This document shows, in pieces, positions 48,745 to 62,800 of a stretch of 64,000 nucleotides of DNA. Position 1 is the stretch's first letter. Each line of letters starts with the position of its first letter. Source of the stretch: Heterodontus francisci (lineage: Eukaryota). The translations under genes were made by a program, and so were the position numbers. The stretch spans positions 54,638,488-54,702,487 of the forward strand of contig NC_090393.1 in NCBI RefSeq assembly GCF_036365525.1, read 5' to 3'. The notes under the pieces were generated by a model. The model was not told where the DNA came from. It saw only the letters and a program-made list of their open reading frames with translations, and made no database searches.

Positions 48745-51230
48745 AAAAGCAAAATAATGAGGATACTACAAATCTGAAATAGAAACAGAAAATCTGGAAA
48801 TACTCAGCAGGTCTGCCAGCATCTGTGGAGAGAAGAAGAGTTAACTTTTCATGTCGATGATCCTTCATTAGAACTGGGAAACTTTATTAATGTAAAAGAT
48901 TTAAAGTAGTACAAATGCGGGAGGGTGGAAATAGAACAAAATGGAACGTCTGTGATAGGGCGGAAGATTGGAGACATTGAATGACAAAGGAGTTGGTGAG
49001 GCAGAGTGAAAGGGAGTAGTAATGGAACAAGTAAAGAAACAAAATATGTTTCCAGAGGAGGTGTGAATGGCAGCATAATGAACAGCTACAATCCAAAAGC
49101 AAAAACAAGCGAAAACGTGCGAAAAACAAGATTACAGTCGAAACATGCAAAGAAAATGTATTAAAATGGGGGCAGAGGTTAGAGTCTGGAACTGATGAAC
49201 TCAGTATTGAGCCCAGAGGGCTGCAGAGTGACTGATCAAAGATGAGGTGCTGTTCCTCAAAATAACATTGAGCTTCATTGGAACACTGCAGTAGGCCGAG
49301 GACAGTGATGTCAGCGTGAGTGCAAGATGGAGAATTAAAGTGGCAGGTCACTGGAAGCTTGCGGTCATGCTTGTGGATGACCAGAGGTGTTCCACAAATT
49401 GTTCACCCAATCTGCATTTATTCTCCTTAATGTAGACCTGATTGCATTGTGAGCAGCATAAACGGTGGATAGGTTACTAGGCTGTTCCAGCTCGAAGGAG
49501 TGTTTGAGGCCTTGGACAGTGAGGCGAGAGGAGGCAATGGGGCAGTTCTTGTATCTCCTGTGCTTGCATGGAAGGGGACAGGGTGTTGGGTGTGAGAGAG
49601 GAGTGTAGCAGGGTGTCACGAAGGGAATGGTCCCTTCAGAATGCTGAATGGGGAGGGGAGGGGAAATGTGTTTGTTGGTGGCATCAAGCTGGATGGGGCA
49701 GAAATGGTGGAGTTGATCCATTGAATGTGGAAGCTGGTGAGGTAGAATGTGAGGACAAGGGGAAACCTATTGTGGCTCTGGGAGGGACGGGAAGGGTTGA
49801 CAGCAGAAGTGTGCGATATGGGTCAGACATGGTTGAGGGCTATGTCAGCCACGTTGGGAGATGGGGAGTTGCGGGGATAGAATCCTTGGTTGAGGAAGAA
49901 GGGAGACATATCAGAAGCGCTGGTGTGGAAGGTTGCAGCATCAGAATAGAGATGGAGAAACTGGGAGAATGGAATGGAGTCCGTACAGGAACTAATGTGA
50001 GTAAGTGTAGTTGAGGTAGCTGAGCCAGTCAGTGGGCTTATTATGACTATTTGTTTATCACCCATCACTATAAATGAAAACGGAGAGGCACAGGAGGAGA
50101 AGCGGGGTTGGAGATTGATCATGAGAAGGTGAGAGAAGGGCAGAAATTGGAATCAAAGTTGATAAACATTTCCAGTTCAGAGCGAGAGCAGGGAATGACA
50201 CTGATACATTCATCAATGTACTGGAAATAGAGTTGAGGGACGGGGTACAAGGAATATTCCACATTTTCCACAAAAAGGCGGGTATAGCTAGGACCTAGGT
50301 GGGTAGCCATAGCAAAACCTTTTATCTGGAGGAAGTGAGATGAGCTAAAGAAGAATCTATTCAATGTGAGAACAAGTTCAAACGGGCATAAATGTATGGT
50401 GGTGGATGGAAACTGGTTGCACCTCCATTCAAAGAAGAAGTGGGCTCTTGTCTCTTTGGGTAGTCCTGTGTGTGGATCTTGGGAAACAGGTGGATGTGGG
50501 CTTTTAGGGGTTGGGGAACTATGAGGTTCGAAGCTGTGGAGGGATGATCTCCAGTCCTGGAAATAATGGTTTAGTGTTTGGTGCTGTGGTATAGTCCAGG
50601 GAGAGGTAGAAGGAAGTGTCAGAGGGTTGATGTTCAGCATCTGTGAGGTGGAGATCAGTTTGTCAGACTACAACAGCACCATTCTTGTCAGCAGCTTTGA
50701 TAATGATGTTAGGGTTGGACCTGAGAGAACAGAGTGCAGTCAGTTCAGAGGGAGATAGGTTAAAGTGAGTGTGGGGAGCAGAGAAATTGAGACGGCCAAT
50801 GTCAGGTTGCATTTCGCAATGAAAAGATCAAGAGAGATAAGAGGCAGGGGAGGGTGGTGGGGTTACTAGGTGGAGGGAGAATACTGGAAATGGGTAAACT
50901 GGTTTGATGTTTGAAAGGAGGACTCCTGGCCAAAGAAGTCGGCGCAGAGGCAAAGACAATGGAAAAAGAGCTCAACATGGTGCCGAGATCAAAATTCTTT
51001 GAGGTAGGCCATAAGGGAATAAAGCTGAACCCTTTACGAAGAACAGATTGTTCAGGGTCAAGGAGGGGAATGTGGGAAGTTATTGTGAATACACGGCAAG
51101 AGGTGAGATTAGAAGAAGGGATGTAGTCAGAAGGAAGTGAAGGGGAGAAAGATCTGGAAGGGTATTGGTACCCCTGAGTTGTTTGAGCCTGCGATCTTTA
51201 ACAACTGACATGAAGATAAAAACATTTCTT
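48745..51230 (-). mobile_element. Penelope-like retroelement, unit B copy
   Basis: HFLQIKGFAMATHLGPSYTRLFV...QYIDE. Colinear with 19143-21870 except for an internal deletion near 50446. Confidence 0.85.
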
Positions 51231-52029
51231 GAAGGAGTTTGATAGAATAAATAAGCAGAAAGTCTTTCCAGTGGCAGAGGGTTCGGCAACCGGAGGTCAC
51301 AGATTTAAGGTAATTTGGGAAAAGAACAGAAGAGCAAGGAGGAAAACAAAGTCACGCCAGTTGTTTTGATCTGGAATACATCAGCTGAAATGTTGGTGGG
51401 AGAAGATTTAATAATAACCATCGAAAGGGAATTTGACAATCACTTGAAGTTGGGAAATACAAAGTGTTCTGGAGAAAGACGAGGGCAGTGGATCTAATTT
51501 GATGGCTGCTTCACAGAGCCGACATCGGCGCTATGGGCCGAATAGCCTCCTTCTGTGATGTTTCATTCCATGAATCTATGAACGATGTGAGACACTATCT
51601 GCAACCACGACGGCCAGTGCTCTCAGTGTACTGATTGAATCGTTATTTCTTGATCTCTCTCTGTGCCTTTCAGTTGGACAATGAGAATGGAATTTCGCAC
51701 AACAGTGACATCGCACAGATGATTTCACTTTGCTGTTTTTCATAAATATCACAAGTCTAATGAACAACTGTTATATTTGACTCATTTACCCTTCATTTTT
51801 CAACTCATTGACATGACATTCTAAACCTCATCGTTTCCTGTGACACAAATATCTTACCTGGATCTATTAATAAAACATTTTGCGGAAAAAACCATTTCTT
51901 CGTCCACATTTTTCTCACAAAGCTTAACTCACCAAGACTTCCCAAACTGCTCACTGTGACACTTAATTGCAGGGCAAGATGAAAATAAAACATTTCGCTG
52001 TGTTTGTTAAACCTTCATTCATTTCCATG

Positions 52030-52095
<66 letters not shown>
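52030..52095 (+). repeat. (TATC)n microsatellite upstream of gene 2; shorter (GATC)n(TATC)n version at 22670-22708
   Basis: About 16 tetranucleotide repeats are directly visible. Confidence 0.95.
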
Positions 52096-52435
52096 GTCTG
52101 ATGCCAATAGGGACAGTGCCCAATTTATTTAATTCCTTGCTGCAAACAAATCAAATCTCAACTCATACTTTGCTTATCCAATGCGCTCTTCCCGAGGTCC
52201 ATAGAGCTATTAAAGCATTTACTATGCTCAAGTTTTCTTCTATTATAACCTTTACCCTTCTAAAACCCAAACCTAATCGCTATTCCATGTCTCGCTGCGC
52301 CGTGTATTTTGCCGTTTTCAATCATTCTCCATTTGGATCCGATCTCATTGACGTTTTGTTTCTCTTTTTCTAAAATGACTGACATGCTCGCAATTCAAAT
52401 ATCAGTCAACGCAGGGCATGGGAGCCCGTGACCTG

Positions 52436-52506
52436 ATTTACATGAATGGAAATTTGCATGTAAATTTAATATTCAATGACGTTGCGAAGGTTGAAGCTTC
52501 TTAAGG
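52436..52506 (+). promoter_or_regulatory. IgL gene 2 promoter: octamer and CRE-like elements
   Basis: ATTTGCAT at 52452-52459 followed by ATGTAAAT. Upstream ATTTACAT and downstream TGACGT are conserved with gene 1. Confidence 0.85.
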
Positions 52507-52582
52507 AGAGGTTTAGAAAGAGCACAGAACCACATTCGTGTCAGGAACTATTCTCCATCAGACCCTCACCAGAACCTTCACC

Positions 52583-55500
52583 ATGACTGAATGGGTTCAG
52601 GTTCTTGCCGCACTGATGCTCTGTCTCCACAGTAAGTACAGGCGTTAACCTTCATTATCGCTGCTGTTTGCATTGCTCGGAATTTTTTTTTTGTGCTTGT
52701 GTTTAACAGACCTGAATTAGCAACAATATTCACAATTGCAGAGTTTGACTCATCAATAATTTGTCATTTCACCAGGTACAAACGCGGATCCTGTCCTGAC
52801 TCAGCCAGGATCCATCTCAACCACACCGGGGAGCACCGTCAAGATCACCTGCACCATGTCCGGAGGCAGCATCGGCAGCTACTACACGAGCTGGTACTGG
52901 CAGAAACCCAGCAGTGCCCCTGTGTTGGTTTGGAGCGAGTACAGCGGTAAAGCTTCGGGGATTCCAGATCGATTTACCGGGTCTGTGGAGTCATCGAGTA
53001 ACAAGTTGCTTTTAACCATCACCAAGGTGCAGTCGGAGGACGCCGCGGATTATTACTGTGCTGCCCTGCTTGGCAGTACAGCTGCATTTATTTTCGGGAG
53101 AGGAACCAAGCTGAACCTGGACAGTAAGTAAATTATTTCTACTGAGCTTTAACATTTTCAGCGTTAACATCGGAATATCAAAAATCACTTTAAAATCACT
53201 GGCTTGGTGGATTGGATGAGAGCAAATCAGGACTATTTCTCTTATAACATATGTATACAGAGCTTGTGAATCAGCGTCCGGAGACATTTAAAAGATCGGC
53301 ATAACTGCGCCCGATTTTACGCAGGGTTTTCAGGTTGTAAGAGAGGACAGAGGCAATTTTTAAAGATGATACCAGTGCTGCAAGGTTTTAGTTACAAGAG
53401 AACGAGAGTGAAGCTCGGTCTACTGCAAGTTTACGGGATGATCTGCTTGAAATGAGCATAGTTCTGAGCAAAATGAAAACAGATATTTTCACTGATCGGT
53501 CAGTCGGTAACCTGAGGACATCAATTGAATGTCATTGGTAGAAGGGCGAAGGGACTGGATAGGATATTTTCTTTACCCAGTGGAGTGTTAGGACTGCAGT
53601 GTCCTATCTCAAAGAATAGGGCGAGCAGAATCAGACTATCGTTTAAAAAGAAAGTGGATAAAACTTTGACAAAGGAAAAACAAATGGATGGGAAAAGGAC
53701 TAAGTGGGCGCCTTTCAAAGGCGATTGGCCTGTTTCTGGCCATGATTCCTGAATCCCACAGGGTCTTTGAGATCGGAATACCGCGGCCCTTTACGACACA
53801 AAAGGCATAAACACAAATTCAAAACTTTCATTCTACTGAGAGTAGTACCGGAATTTAATCATCATTCTTGGATTGAGACTGCGGAAGGATAGTGTGGCGA
53901 CTTGCTGTAAGTCACTCTCACTCGTCTCCAAACTCAGTGAAAACCGCTCAGTACATGATTCTCAGTCCGACATTTCGCATTAATCCCCGCTGACTATAGT
54001 AATCACACTGTTGAGCTAAGTTCAGCTGGTGGTAACCATCCACACTGATCGATTTTCTCCATTCCGCAATAACAAACACCAATAATTGACATGATGCCTA
54101 TTTTCTTAACAAGTCAGGGGCTCATTATCTTCCCGCCCAATCTATTGTGTAGCAATGTCTCGGAATCGGTATCAGATTCTTCCTGCTGCTCTTGTGCTCT
54201 CAATTGCGCTTTGCTGCATGTTCTGTGGTTAGTGTGAGAGGAGTAATATGGAAAATGCACATACTCTATCGCTATTTTGACTTGGTTATTCGGTGGCATC
54301 ACAGTAAAATGGGCTAAAATGAGATATGAAACAGAACATGCGACAGAATATTTTCAATTATTCCTTTTCAAAACGATCGCTGCTACTAACTTTATCGTTC
54401 GTTGTTTACTTGCTTGCTCTCGCCATAATCCTAAAGGTCCAGAGGCATCTCTCCCCATTAGAGAGGCAGTTGGTGATACATAGTTTGAGGATCACCACTC
54501 CTCAAGTTTGGGACAAGCCTCCATGAGCTAACACAGCCGTTAAATGGATTGAGCCCACGCTGTTGGCGTCTTTCTGTCTCATATTCTAGCCGTCCACCCA
54601 GCTGACGCTCAGTTCTCTGCAAAACTCTTGTATTTAGACAATAATATAAACTGATGGTAAAACCTGTGCAATAATCCCACGAGATTTCAGATATTTCAGT
54701 ACCTGAATTTTCAGCTAAACTCTGGGTGAGGCCTGGAGATTATACAAACTCTGACAACAGGGGTTGGAGGCACTTGTCAGACTAATCGCAGTTTCAGTCT
54801 CCAAATTAATAACGTCAGGAAAGTGAGGCGAAGTTGTCGGTTCCAAGGCGAAACTCTTAGAATGGCAATAGATTTTTAAACCGTCACGGGTACATCTAGT
54901 GCTGGTGAGACGCGCCGATGTAGCTGACATCACACCTCAACATCAGAACCAATTGTAGAGGCTCGGCCTCTCATTTTAGTATTGAAAAAAGTAGTGTTTC
55001 AACCCTTTCTTCATTTCTTCACATTACATAAACCATTTTACTGAGGTTTGTCATTGGCAGCTGGTGCTTGTAATACATGGTGCGAAGGATTATTTAAAAG
55101 ATATGAGATTCTGAGAGTTCGGCTTTAATCTTCTTACACTTGGTAATATTTCGTTGTTGCTATCATGGGAATATTTCGATTGAAGAATAAGTAAAAAAAA
55201 GAACGAGCTTGCATTGTTATGCCGCCTTCCACGACCTCAGGACATCTGAGCGCGCTTCATAGCGAATTTCGTGCTTTTTAAAGGACAGTCACCCTTTGTA
55301 ATGTATGAAACTCGGCAGCTTATTTGCGCAAAGTCCCACAAACATCACAGGACAGATAATCTGTTTTAACGATGTTAGTTGAGGGATGAATATAAACCAG
55401 GTCAGGTTGGCTTTATTACTTGCAGATTGAGGTTATATTATTAGACAATATAGATATAATAGTTCACAATAACAGATGTTATTTAGAGGAAACAGTTTCC

Positions 55501-56444
55501 GTTTAGTGAAAACGTATGAATTGTGACACTGACCCCAAAGAAGTCCCCAAATAGCGTAATTAGAATGTGATAGAACAGTCTTCTGAGGTTTTAGGCAAAA
55601 GAGTCGGACGAGCGGGAAACCTTGTGGCAGCGAGAAAGGAGCAAAGCGACAGAAATCCAAATATTAGTCCAAGATTCACTTCCGTCAAAGCAAGTGCAAA
55701 TTCGAAATTATTTAATAGTTGGTTTAACAATTTGGCCTTAAACGTTTGGCCTTAAATATTGAACAATCTTTGCTGTCAGCATTGCCGTCAATATTCTCTA
55801 ATATGCCCTAATTCTGATTTATTGATTATTACGATTCTTTTTCATCTTTATCTTATTGTCTGAGCGCAATATTTTGCTTAGATTCAAATTTCTCTTAAGA
55901 ATTTGTATGCGTTTCTTGCCTGAAGGAAAAGTAGGAATCTTTTCTCAGGTTATTCCCCGGGACTGTTGGCCCCAGCTTTTGGACTCTAACGGGATTCCGT
56001 TCTATTAAACTCATTATAGCTATTTAATGTAATTTTAAAAGTTTTCAAAAATGTCAAACATTGATTCCGACTTTTATGTGGATGAAAAATGGATCTACTT
56101 AAATTTGTTTCTGATTTTCAGATCCACGGGTCCCCTCGGTTTCGGTCCTTCCGCCTTCATCAGATCAAATCGCAGCAAAGAACACGGCGACCCTGGTGTG
56201 TTTGGTGAGCGGTTTTAACCCGGGAGCTGTGGAGATTGAGTGGACTGTAGATGACAGTGTGAGAGGGAATGGTGTTGAGACCAGTCGGATCCAGCAGGAG
56301 ACGGACAACACGTTCAGTGTGAGCAGTTATCTGACTCTGCCAGCCTCAGAGTGGAACTCACACGAGCTTTACTCCTGTGTGGTTAAACACGAGACACAGG
56401 CAAATCCGCTTAAAACAAGTATCTCGAGGTCCAGTTGTATCTGA
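52583..56444 (+). CDS. IGL: Immunoglobulin light chain, shark type II/lambda, germline-joined VJ, gene 2. Exons 52583-52631, 52776-53123, 56122-56444; 239 aa
   Basis: Same exon sizes (49/348/323 nt) and GT-AG sites as gene 1. V-J reads ...DAADYYCAALLGSTAAFIFGRGTKLNLD. C differs from gene 1 by one residue (TDST vs TDNT). No stops or frameshifts. Confidence 0.96.
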
Positions 56445-56657
56445 TTCAAAATCTTATGTATTGATTTGTTATTCCAAAAGCAAAGTTTCTTTACAAATAT
56501 ATTCCGCAAACGGCCATTACATGCTTGCTTTTAAGTGGAACATTTCAAATCAGAACAGTGGTGCAGTTTATCCGGTGGATTCCGCTGTCTGTTTTTTACA
56601 GTGTGTTCACCCTGAACTGATCAAAGTTTCAGTGTAACCTTACAAACATCACAGTTT

Positions 56658-56663
56658 AATAAA
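56658..56663 (+). terminator. Polyadenylation signal, IgL gene 2
   Basis: AATAAA plus downstream GT-rich element at the homologous position. Confidence 0.8.
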
Positions 56664-56892
56664 ACGACTATTCCGCTATCTCGTGTGTTGTTATTTTTCT
56701 GTGCCGTTGGGTCTGAAACAATTGTTAGCAACTTCCTACATGTGATGAAATAGCGGTTTTATTTTTGCAACATTCTGCACATTTTGTGTAAAGCCTTTGA
56801 CATCAGTCAAAATAATCAGATTATGTACACGAAGACGTGGAAGTAATCTGGCAACATATTTTCAAAGATAGACCTGGCTGAATTTCGTTCGT

Positions 56893-59800
56893 GTCGGGAT
56901 GGAGCTGAACCATTTGTCAGTGTTTCTGACACGAATTCAAAGCACTTGGTGCAAGTGTTTCTAAATCATCTGGTTACACAAATTCAGGGCAAACCCCGTG
57001 ACCGCCTCTCTTTTGGAGACCCCGCACTTAACGCGCGGTGCAATTCCTGACACTGCATTCTTTTTTCAAAATTATCCGATGACTTTAAGTGGTCAATAAT
57101 GGTTAGATTGAATCAGGTTATTTTAGAAGCAAGTCATAACTAGAGATTCCTTGAGGCCTTTGACCGAAACCAGCTCATATAACAGTCGCGCTTTTTAAAT
57201 TCAGCCTCACACAAATCACCAACTCGGTGCAGTATCCCTTTAGTATCAAGCCTTCTTTGTTCAGACTGATGTAGGTCTACGGTACATAAATCGTTAAAAG
57301 TAGCATTATTAGTTGTTAAGGCCATAGCGAGTGAAAACAAAGTGCCAGCTAATTTCTATTGGAATAGAATACAACAGCAGGGGGGTTTATGTTAGATTTA
57401 TACAGAACTGTGCTCTGCATTGGACTCCATACTACAAATGATACTGAAGGACTTGAGAAAGTGCCGAACGTATCTGCAATGTTGTTACTCGAATTGGGAT
57501 GATGCAACTATCAGGTAAATTAGCATGTTGGGCAATTTTCCCTTATTAAGAGAAGACTGGGTATAATTTATGGAGGGCTTTAAAATTATGAAGTGCGACA
57601 GGATAGACGTGCAGAAACTGTTTCCACGGTGCGTTGGACCAGAACAGAGAGGCGTAAATATCAGATCTCCACGCACCGATGACATCAATAGTTTACTTGA
57701 AGATACGGATTGGTGCTTGATTGGGAGTTAGGAGAGGGAGAATAAGCTTTCGTGTTTCATTCTCTGATTGGTTTCTACGTGACAAACGGAATTCCGAAGG
57801 GATTAGTTCTTCCAGCCCAGCTTTTCGCCATATATATTAATGAAGTCATACAGATTTATATAAACAAGTTGCAGATCACACCAAATTCGGAGGTCGAGTA
57901 ACTTTTGCCTCTCCTCAATGGAAAAAAAACCCTCTCAGAAATATTAAAGAACCAAGGGACTAGCAAAAATGAGGAACTGAAATAAATTAGTATTCGTAAA
58001 AATGTAGTACTGGGGAATGAATAGGACTGAAAGTTGATAAATCCCCTGGAACTGATGTTTAACATGCCACACTGTTGAAAGTGTTGGCTGGAGAGACAGT
58101 GGATGCGTTGGTGATCATCTTCCAAAATTCTATAGATTCTGCAATTGTTCCTGCTGATTGAATGGTAGCAAATGTAACCCCACTAATTAAGAAAGGAGGG
58201 AGAGAGCAAACGGGAACCACAGACCTGTTTTCCTGACAGTAGGAGGGAAAATGCTAGAATCTAATATAAAGAATGTTATAACCGGACAGTTACAAAATAA
58301 TGGTAGGATTGGGCAGGGTCAATAGGGATCTGTGAAAGAGAAATCATGTGACAAACCTATTAGTTTTTGAGGATGTATCCAGCAGAATAGATAAGGTGGA
58401 GCCGTGGATGTGGTGTGTTTGAATTTACAGAAAGCTTTTGATAAAGTCCCATGCAGGCTGGTCAACAAAATTAGAACACATGGGATTGGGGGTAATATAC
58501 TGGCGTGGATTGAGAATTGGTTAATGGACAGAAAACAGAGAGTAGGAAAAAACTGGTCATTCTCAGGTTAGCAGGCTTTGGATCACTGCTTGTGTACCAG
58601 CTAATCACAATCTAAATCAATGATTTGGATGTGGGGGCTGAATGCAAGTTTGCTGATGACACAAAACCAGGTGGGCATGTGATTTGTGAGGAGGATGCAA
58701 AGAGTCTTCAAGGGATGCAAATTGCTTAAGTGAGTAGGCAAGGATATGGTTGATGGAATATAATGTGGGAAAATATGAGGTTATCCACTTTGTTAGGAAA
58801 AAACAGAAACGCAGAGTATTTCTTAAATGGTGAGAGATTGCGAAGTGTTGATGTCAAAAGGCAACTGAGTGTCTTTGTTCATAAGTCATTGAATGCTAAC
58901 ATGCAGGTGCAGCAAGCAATTAGGAAGCCAAATGGTATGTTAGCCTTTATTGCAAGAGAATTTGAGTTTCGGAGTAAAGATGTCTTGCTGCAATTGTGTC
59001 GAGTCCTGGTGAGACCGCACCTGGAGTATTGTGCGCAGTTTTGTTCATCTTACCAAAGGAGAGTGTCATAGAGGGAGTGCAATGAAGGTTCACCAGACTG
59101 ATACCCGGGATGGCGGGATTGTCCTACGAGGAGAGATTGAGGAGACTGGGCCTATATTCTCTAGAGTTTAGAATAATGAGAGGCGATCTCATTGAAGCTT
59201 CCAAAATTCTTACAGGGCTCGACCAAGTTGATGCAGGAAGGACGTTCCCCTGGCTGGCGGGGGGTGGGAGGGGAATGGTGGAGGGGGTCGGCGGTGGTCT
59301 ACAACCAGGGGACACAGTCTCAGAATAAGTGGTAGGTCATTTAGGACAGAGCTAAGGAGGAATTTCTTCACTCAGAGAGTGGTAAATGTGTGGAATTCAC
59401 TGGCCCAGAACTGCTGTGGAGGCTTGGTCATGAGTATCTTCTAGACAGTGATAGATTTCTAGACATTAACAATATCAAGGGATATGGGAATAGTGCAGCA
59501 AAATGGCATTGTGGTCGAAGATCAGCCATGATCTAGAATAGTGGCAGACCTACTCCTGCTCCTATGTCCTTTGTTCCTAAGGTCGAAATTGAATGCTGAC
59601 AAGCTCAGAAGGCTGAATTGACCGGTTGCTATGCCCTAGATTCTTCGCAGTTACAAATAGTGAGAAATTATTAAAATAACATGATCGAGTCACAGATTAA
59701 TATCGACCTGATTTCAAATATGTTGCTAACACACAGCGTGAAAGTTGTTTTCAGTCAGCATACCTGTTTGTGCACATTGTTTCATGTCTACTGCTAAGAT

Positions 59801-62800
59801 AAACCGCTAGTGCGTGCATTAGATATTATCATTCACGTAGCTGCCGCCCAACCCCCACCTGCAGTAGGATACCAAACAATTTGATAGGGCCTTGGTGAGC
59901 CCATACTTGTACTGTGAGTAGTTTTGATATCCTTACCTGAGGAGGGATATACTTGCCTTTGAGACATTGCAACACATGTTCAATAGACTGGTTCTTGGGA
60001 TGAAGGGAATTGAGTAAACTATGCTTATATTCCCTAGAGATGAGCAAAATGAGAGGTGAACTCAGTGAAACGCATATCATTTTAAGGGGCTTGACAGGAT
60101 AGATATTGGGAGGTTTTTTCACCTGGCTGGTGAGTCTCGAACTAGGAGACACAGTCCCAAAATAAGAGGCAGCTATTTTGGACTGAGATGAAGAGCAATT
60201 TCTTCACTCAATCTTCAGAATTCTGTACCTGCAATAGCTCTCTTCTCACTCCCATGCATTACGTCTGGCGTACCCCAATGCTCTATCCTTGCCTCCCTCC
60301 TATTTCTCATCTATATACTGCCTGTTGGGGACTTCATCTGGAAATACCATGTCAGGCGCCACATGAACTCTGATAACATCCAGGTCTGCGTCATCACAAG
60401 CTCTCATGTCCTCTCCACTGTTTCTACTTTGTTATATGGCTTGTCCGACATTCAGTACCAGATGAGCGATAATTTCCTCCAACTAAATATTGGAAAGAGG
60501 GAAGCCATTGTCTTCCATCCTCATCACAAATTCCAGTCCATCGCCACCAACTCCTTACCTGTCCCTGGCAACTGTCTGAGGCTGAACAAAACTGTTCGTA
60601 ACCTTGTTGTTGTATTTGAGCCTTCCAGGTGCTTATGAACACATAATCCATCACAAGACTGTCTAATCCCACCTCCATAACATTGCCTGACTTCACCCCT
60701 GCTTCAGATCATCTGAAACTGAAACCCTTATCCGTTCCTTGATTACCTCCAGACATGACAATTCCTATTCTCATCTGGTCAGCTTTCCATCTACCACACT
60801 ACCTAAGCTTGACCTCATCCAAAATTCTGGTGCCCATATGCTACCTCGCACCAATTCCTTTTCACCAATCTCCCCTTTGCTCATTGGCCTACATTCAACA
60901 ATGCCTTCATTTTAAAACTTTCATTGTTGCTTACAAATTTCTCCATGGCCTTGTCTCTTGCTAGTTCTGTAACTTTCTGCAATCATACAACCCTCTGATA
61001 TTTCTGAGCGCCTCCCATTCTGCCCACTTACATTGACACGATTTTAAATGCTCCATTATTGACAGCGGTGCCTTCAGGAGATGAGGTCCTAAGCTCTGGA
61101 CTTCTCTCTCTTGCAGCACTGCCGCTCTTCCTCTATCTCTTCCTTGAAGGGGCACCTTAAAACCTATCTCTTTGACCTGTTCTAACATCTTCTTTTGTGG
61201 TTTGCCATTAAATTTTGTTAGACTATGTTCATATAAAGCAGCTGGGATGATTCACTGCCTTAAAGTACTCGAGAAATGCAAGTGGTTGTTGTTTTAATAG
61301 TAAAGTCAAGTCAGTCATTGCGACTTCTGATACATTGCTTGTCTATCGATAAATCTAGTTTGCCGCTCATCCCTGCTTTGCTAAATCAATGAATAGGAGG
61401 AAAGTATTATCCAAATGGGAGTTATGGCAGCTTTACCTTTGGGAAATCGATCTCTTGTGAAGCTCACTGGCTAAATATGTCACACAGTGAGCTGGATTTT
61501 ACATTCAGTTTGAAGGCGGGTTCTTTGGCGTGGTTGGCCGGAGAATCAACGCAGATTCAGCTACCAAGGAACCTGATGCCTAATGCCAGATTCTGATTTC
61601 CTAGGAGGCGCCGAAATTCCATGGTGGCACTGCCGCCGCTCTGTGATGAGACTGTAATTTAAATATGTTAAATACAATTTTGCATTAATTATCATTAAAT
61701 TCACTGCAATCCTAACAGCTGTTTGCAATCTTCTGCATGACAGGTGGCACCCACGTGCTTTCACTTTCCTCTCTTGAAAAGCTGGCAACACCGAAGTGTG
61801 AGTCCTTGGTGCTTGCAAAGGTTTGGTAAATTATGCGTTGTTCGCCTGTTGAACTTGTTTTAGCTTCGGACATTACCACTAAGGTCAAGCTGCAAATATA
61901 ATTGACATAATAGCCGAACAGCTGTAATTAGTAGAAAATGATGATGATAAAACAGATGTAGGGCAATATGATGAACAACAAGGTAGGAGGTCCGAGAGTG
62001 ATGCAGTGATATCGGCTAAGATTCAGTTAGAAACAAAAAAAACTTGAGGCAGAAAAAGTATTAAGAAATCTTGAATTGGAAAAAGAGGAAAGGGAAAAAG
62101 ATAAAAACAATAGCATTAAGAAAACTTGAACTTCAGAGAGAGAGAGAGTGAAAGAGAAGACAGGCAATTTAAATTAAAAGAAATGGAACTATGACAAAAG
62201 AGTAGTCTTGAATCCAGGGAAAATTCAGGTCAGGAAGAGTCTGAGTTTAGATCAGGACTCAGTGAGAAGTTGTTCAGGTTTATATAGGCTCTTCCTAAGT
62301 TCGAGGAAAGGGATGTAGAGGCATTTTTCATATCTTTTGAAAAAATAGCTAAACAGATGAAATGACCGAAAGAAAGCTGGACATTGCTCATGCACGCAGG
62401 CTGGTAGGTAGAGCTCATGAAGCTTATGCCATGCTTTCTGAAGAGGCTTCTGCAGATTATTAAATGGCAAAAAAGGCTATTCTCACTGCGTATGGGTTAG
62501 TCCCTGAAGCTTACTGTCAGAAGTTTAGGAACTTACAGAGAATGACTAGGCAGACATATTAAGAATTTGAGAGGGTGAAGCAAATTAATTTTGACCGTTA
62601 GATATGGGCATTCAAGATAGAAACCACATATGAGGACCTTCGAGAATTGATTCTCTTAGAAGTGTTTAAAAACTCCATTCCTTCAGTAGTGAGAACTCAT
62701 ATAGATAACCTGAAACTTTTGAAAGCTAGGCAAGCAGCAGAGATTGCTGATGATTCTGAGCTTGTGAATAAGCCAACCTATTTTGTCCGTCACCACCATA

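Larger units (their letters stand above)
28094..56892 (+). repeat. Tandem segmental duplication, unit B
   Basis: Colinear with unit A: CR1, GP1BB-like pseudogene, L2, Gypsy, CR1, Penelope, IgL. Carries its own insertions and deletions. Confidence 0.95.
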
